Shown here: positions 49,413-53,067 of the stretch, in pieces
Position numbering within the stretch: the first letter of the stretch is position 1
Layout: each line of letters opens with the position of its first letter
Assembly: GCA_045658315.1 (NCBI GenBank)
Contig: JAZOUV010000064.1
Span: forward strand, 1 to 53,067
Source: Eubacteriales bacterium
GTDB taxonomy: Bacteria; Bacillota; Clostridia; Oscillospirales; CAG-272
DNA: 53,067 nucleotides
Reading direction: 5' to 3'
Made by a program: the position numbers and the translations under genes
Notes under the pieces: model-generated
What the model was told of the DNA's origin: nothing
Database searches by the model: none
What the model saw: the letters and a program-made list of their open reading frames with translations, nothing else

Positions 49413-50231
49413 TTATTTGTTATCTTTTTTCAGTCTTTCTTTTGCCTCTTCAACAGTTTCACCGTCTTTGGTGAGATAAGCATCTACAAACTTATCTTCG
49501 ATTTTTGTGTAACCATTAACAACGCCTCGCTCAATTTTTTTGTAACCGTCAACTACACCTTTTTCAATTTTTTTATAACCGCCCGTTACTGCTTCGGCAA
49601 TTTTTTCATTTGCTTTTACGATTTTTGATTTAGCCATATCTGTATATTTTCCTCCAATCAGATTAATTCCGAGAAACAGTATAACAATCCATACCGCAGT
49701 TCCCGTTAAAATATTTAGTAATAAAACATTTTTTGCTACCATACCCGGAAAAGACACGAGCATAGATCTTTGCATTGTATAAATAGAGACACACGCATCA
49801 GCCAATGAAATGTTACGAAGTGTCTTTAATACGGGTGATGCGGTATGTTTTGTTTTTACCATTCCGATAATTGCAATTGTGATTTTTGTAAATGTATATG
49901 TTGCAATGGTAATCATTACGATTTCGTGAAAATCGGTGCCACGTTCTGTTATAGCAGACAGAATGTTTACGCCTACTATGCAGAACGACAGAACCAACAA
50001 TAAGATACCCGTAATTTTCCTTGCAAAAAGCTCGGTACTGTAATTCCCATCTGCTTTCCTTCTTACCTGTAACACAGAAAAGCGAGTTGTAGCAAGAACA
50101 GTATAATACGCACCTACGGTAATAAACCACCACGAATGTGTAAGAAAACCGATAACACAGTTGCCAAGAGCATAAACAAAATTAAAAGCAAGGCTTGTAT
50201 AAGGGTTTCTCACAAAACTTAATATTTTCAT
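49413..50231 (-). CDS. Multi-TM membrane protein with a C-terminal 11-aa-repeat helical domain
   Basis: About 5-6 TM segments, then three V-x-x-GY-x-KIE repeats; overlaps the upstream gene by 4 nt. Confidence 0.8.
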   Translation of the reverse strand: MKILSFVRNPYTSLAFNFVYALGNCVIGFLTHSWWFITVGAYYTVLATTRFSVLQVRRKADGNYSTELFARKITGILLLVLSFCIVGVNILSAITERGTDFHEIVMITIATYTFTKITIAIIGMVKTKHTASPVLKTLRNISLADACVSIYTMQRSMLVSFPGMVAKNVLLLNILTGTAVWIVILFLGINLIGGKYTDMAKSKIVKANEKIAEAVTGGYKKIEKGVVDGYKKIERGVVNGYTKIEDKFVDAYLTKDGETVEEAKERLKKDNK

Positions 50232-50596
50232 TTGATACCTTTAATCATCGGAATGAGCACAATCAGCATAATGATACCAACCAAGCCGATGAGTGTACCC
50301 CAAATGATTTGTTGCCACACAAGGCACATACACATACCTACGCCAAGCACCAATGCGGCGATAACCGCATAAATGGTACGGAATATATTTTTTCCACTCA
50401 GTTTAGGCAGTTCTTTGTTTTCCATCTTGCACCAAATAAGTGCAGTGATAATACTTAAAACAATACCAATACTACCGAAAATAACACCTTCTGTAAAAGC
50501 ATTCCATTCCGGCAGAAGTGCCATACACATACCAAGTGCAAAAAGCACTCCGCTTACTGTTCCCATAATGAGTGCAACAAAACTACTTTTTTTCAT
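50228..50596 (-). CDS. Small 4-TM membrane protein
   Basis: SD AAGGAG precedes ATG 50596; internal duplication (LGMCMAL / VGMCMCL). Confidence 0.8.
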   Translation of the reverse strand: MKKSSFVALIMGTVSGVLFALGMCMALLPEWNAFTEGVIFGSIGIVLSIITALIWCKMENKELPKLSGKNIFRTIYAVIAALVLGVGMCMCLVWQQIIWGTLIGLVGIIMLIVLIPMIKGIK

Positions 50597-50618
50597 TTTG
50601 AAATCTCCTTTCATTAAA

Positions 50619-50700
50619 ACAACACTTGTGTTTTTATTGTAAATATAGTATAATGTTTTTGCTATGACAAAACAATCAACAATCAAGCAACAAGTGTTGT
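50619..50700. promoter_or_regulatory. Two inverted candidate TetR operators
   Basis: ACAACACTTGT (50619-50629) and its reverse complement ACAAGTGTTGT (50690-50700) in the divergent intergenic region. Confidence 0.55.
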
Positions 50701-50759
50701 AATAAAAGAAACGGCGACCATCAAATTGGTCGAAAGCGTTGGAGTAATGGAGAATTATT

Positions 50760-51278
50760 ATGAATGTAAAGAACAATAAGCGACGCAGAGAGTCACAAGA
50801 GAAAATTGAAAAGGCATTTATAGAACTACTGCAAACCCGTGAAATTAAAGAAATTACCGTTTCGGAGCTTATTAAGATGACAGAATTGAACCGTAGTACT
50901 TTTTATGCAAACTATATTGATATATTTGATCTTGCCGATAAAACAAGAGAAAAACTTGAAAATGAGTTTAGTATTTTGTTTGCTGATTATGATTATTTTA
51001 ATGATCGTAGCGGTGCACTGAAGATGTTTACCCACATTAGAGAAAATCAGCTTTTTTATAAAACCTATTTCAAGTTGTGTTATGATGATAAATATCTTAT
51101 ATCAATATACGACACTAAACGAGCCGAAAAAGAACATATATATAGTAATATTAAGTATCATATTGAATTTTTTAGAAACGGTTTAAATGCTATCATAAAA
51201 TTATGGCTTTCGGAGGGGTGCCAAGAATCCCCCGAAAAAATGGCCGAAGTCCTAAAAACAGAGTATCGCGGAAGGTAG
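50760..51278 (+). CDS. TetR/AcrR family transcriptional regulator
   Basis: AFIELL...ITVSELIKMTELNRSTFYANYIDIFDL HTH; divergent from the membrane-protein pair. Confidence 0.92.
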   Translation: MNVKNNKRRRESQEKIEKAFIELLQTREIKEITVSELIKMTELNRSTFYANYIDIFDLADKTREKLENEFSILFADYDYFNDRSGALKMFTHIRENQLFYKTYFKLCYDDKYLISIYDTKRAEKEHIYSNIKYHIEFFRNGLNAIIKLWLSEGCQESPEKMAEVLKTEYRGR

Positions 51279-51281
51279 AAA

Positions 51282-51641
51282 AAAAGCCCTTGTCGGGAGA
51301 CACTTCGTAAAGAAGTGTTCTCCCAATTTTCTTTTTACATAAAGATTGACACTTTCAAGTTGAAAGTGTCATAGTGGGTTACACACTTTGAAAGAATACC
51401 CATCTCAAAGATAAAAACATTAGTGATATTGTGAGACAGGTCTCACAGTGATATTTTGCCTTTTGGCAAAGTGATATGAAAATCTATCGGTCTTCGTGAT
51501 ATTATATTCGCCCTAAAACTGTCCGCAGGACAATATAACGATGCGAAGAATCATATAACTGCGAAGTAATATAACTCGCCGTAAGGCGAATATACCTGAG
51601 GCACACTTCCTTACGGAGTGTGCCTCTTTGCAAGGACTTTT
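51282..51641. repeat. Non-coding element with inverted ends and internal hairpin arrays (MITE/REPIN-like)
   Basis: Ends AAAAGCCCTTG / CAAGGACTTTT (10/11 inverted match), each followed by a related hairpin; four GTGATAT units, then four ATATA(A/C)C units, separated by short hairpins. Confidence 0.6.
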
Positions 51642-51760
51642 CTTTGTAACAATAAAAGTTGATGAATATGATACGAATGTTCATAACAGACTTTACCATC
51701 GTATGATAGACAAAAAGTAGGCAGTAACTACACCCGAGATTGTGTGCAGGCACTGCCGAC

Positions 51761-51805
51761 TGGTCAAGATGACAGTACTTGAACCTGCGGCATCTTGCTC
51801 CCAAA
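51761..51805 (-). other. 3' fragment of tRNA-Pro(TGG), probable att-site scar
   Basis: Minus strand TTTGGGA-GCAAG-ATGCC-GCAGG-TTCAAGT-ACTGT-CATCTTG-ACCA: anticodon loop to CCA only, no 5' half; followed by a GGCAGT...ACTGCC-TACTTTTT terminator-like hairpin. Confidence 0.8.
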
Positions 51806-51873
51806 GACTTTTGAACTCCTTGTTTCTACTGCTTTCGCATCATTTCTAATGCGTTCTAATTAAAACATAACCT

Positions 51874-52557
51874 TTATTCCGCTTGCCTTTTCTTCATTTT
51901 CTGCCAACTGATAAAACCGTAAATATCATTGAAAAGAAATGCTACGAAGCAGACAACGACCGAAACACAGTGAATATCCGAGATACTTGCCAATACCCAC
52001 AGAACGATGAGAACAATGTCGTTTGCGGCATAAGCCAAGGCAAAATACGGACTTCTACGAAACGTCAGATAGACTGCAAGAAAGCTGGTGGTGACGGATA
52101 CGGTGCTGGGAATCATATTTGCCGTGTCGAAATACTCCAAAACAAAGTAAAAAACAACCGTCACTGCAATCGTCGCAAGCCACATCAGTATCTGTTCCGC
52201 TTTGCCGATGCTGTTTACTTTGACCTCGGATTTATTGCCTTTGTACGGATTGCGAAGCCAGGAGATTAGTGCAAACACAGCCATCGGCATCGTCATACCG
52301 AGATAGGTGATCATCTCACCGTAGTAGGCAAATGTGTAAGATATGATACCGTAGAGCAAGCTGAAAATGATCATCAGCACCTGCCCAAAGGGATTGCCCT
52401 TTGCGTTGAAGATCAGCGAGGTCACGCCGATAAGAGAGGCGAGCAAGGTCATATAATTCGTTCGGTCGAAAGCGATAAACGATATGACGATCAAGAGCAC
52501 GGAAGCGCTCCAAAGCGCAATTTCAAGGCTCGAAAAATAATTCAAAAGTTTTTTCAT
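51874..52557 (-). CDS. pnuC: PnuC family (nicotinamide riboside/vitamin/nucleoside) transporter
   Basis: Multi-TM protein; ASLIGVTSLIFNAKGN, YYGEM, NDIVLIVLW and NDIYGFISW. The substrate cannot be determined from sequence. Confidence 0.85.
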   Translation of the reverse strand: MKKLLNYFSSLEIALWSASVLLIVISFIAFDRTNYMTLLASLIGVTSLIFNAKGNPFGQVLMIIFSLLYGIISYTFAYYGEMITYLGMTMPMAVFALISWLRNPYKGNKSEVKVNSIGKAEQILMWLATIAVTVVFYFVLEYFDTANMIPSTVSVTTSFLAVYLTFRRSPYFALAYAANDIVLIVLWVLASISDIHCVSVVVCFVAFLFNDIYGFISWQKMKKRQAE

Positions 52558-52660
52558 AAAATCTCCAAAAAAGAAGCATCCGCGTACACATCTTCAAAGA
52601 CCTAACGATGTGTAAACGGATGCTTTAATTGCATCTCACTACCCGGTGGCAGTTTTATTT
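52558..52660 (-). promoter_or_regulatory. 5' leader attenuator: terminator with an overlapping 10-codon uORF (52634-52602, MQLKHPFTHR)
   Basis: Stem AAGCAUCCG/CGGAUGCUU plus inner UACACAUC/GAUGUGUA and a U-tract before the SD; the uORF covers the 5' arm. Confidence 0.6.
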
Positions 52661-52665
52661 TTTAT

Positions 52666-52694
52666 ATTATAGCACAAAACCGCCGGGAAGTCAA
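52666..52694 (-). promoter_or_regulatory. Sigma-A promoter of the pnuC-like gene
   Basis: TTGACT-N17-TATAAT with TG extension. Confidence 0.8.
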
Positions 52695-52722
52695 TCATTG
52701 CTCCGCAGTAGACAAAGAAAAG

Positions 52723-52766
52723 GCAACAGCGCGTTGCTTGATATTTCCCTTGTGATCTGCTATAAT
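52723..52766 (+). promoter_or_regulatory. Promoter and candidate operator of the XRE gene
   Basis: TTGATA-N17-TATAAT (52738-52766) preceded by a GCAAC-N5-GTTGC dyad. Confidence 0.6.
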
Positions 52767-52796
52767 AGAACCATAGAAAACAAAGGCGGTAGCACT

Positions 52797-53067
52797 ATGG
52801 AAACGAAAGATATTATCCTCGAACTCAGAACAAAGCACGGACTCTCCCAGGAGGAGCTTGCCGAAAAGGTATTCGTCACCCGTCAAGCGGTCAGCCGCTG
52901 GGAAAACGGTGAAACGGTGCCCAATACCGAAACTCTCAAGCTTCTTTCAAGACTCTTCGACGTGTCCATCAATACGCTTCTCGGCTCACCGAGAGAGCTG
53001 ATCTGCCAATGCTGCGGTATGCCGCTGGAGGATAGCAGTATCAGTAAAGAAAAAGACGGGATCTTCA
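52797..53067 (+). CDS. XRE-family HTH regulator with Zn-ribbon (CQCCGMPL), partial; runs off the right edge
   Basis: Not in the ORF track. Manual translation: METKDIILELRTKHGLSQEELAEKVFVTRQAVSRWENGETVP...LLGSPRELICQCCGMPLED. Confidence 0.9.
   Translation, partial: METKDIILELRTKHGLSQEELAEKVFVTRQAVSRWENGETVPNTETLKLLSRLFDVSINTLLGSPRELICQCCGMPLEDSSISKEKDGIF

Noticed and set aside
51422..51600. Possible CRISPR array
   Set aside because: Repeat units are only ~8 nt and switch orientation, spacers are short and mostly hairpins, and no cas genes are present.
51502..51804. 100-aa minus-strand ORF; also considered as an intact tRNA-Pro
   Set aside because: The ORF just reads through the tRNA fragment and repeat element; the tRNA lacks its 5' acceptor strand and D-arm.

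Overview
Low-GC chromosomal segment of an anaerobic, spore-forming Clostridia-type bacterium (inferred from spo0A, ytfJ, dacB, a GerA/SpoVAF-family gene, an [FeFe]-hydrogenase and a T-box). Left to right: the edge of a polysaccharide locus (partial sugar transferase, PIG-L deacetylase); a cyclophilin; a trimeric HydABC [FeFe]-hydrogenase; typA; a Crp/Fnr regulator with a NitT/TauT-type ABC importer; the block lon-engB-lysA-S2P-scpAB-ytfI/J-dacB-rluB; spo0A; yqeG-nfo; a CorC/CNNM protein; and a GerA-family gene. Next comes a Tyr T-box-led aryl-acid cluster (acyl-CoA ligase, Na+:solute symporter, iorAB, paaK, ACT protein, aminotransferase), then envelope genes, GTP-PEPCK, rsmA, tRNA-Thr(CGT) and queH. 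The accessory right end holds a TetR module, a ~360-bp hairpin-array element, a tRNA-Pro 3' fragment (att-like), a pnuC-like gene and an XRE regulator. The most notable items are: (1) the Tyr T-box, which implies anabolic use of the Ior/PaaK pathway; (2) a 10-codon His-containing uORF embedded in a terminator upstream of the pnuC-like gene; (3) the structured non-coding element at 51282-51641. No CRISPR array, rRNA, transposase or integrase was seen. All calls come from reading motifs by eye; no searches were run.
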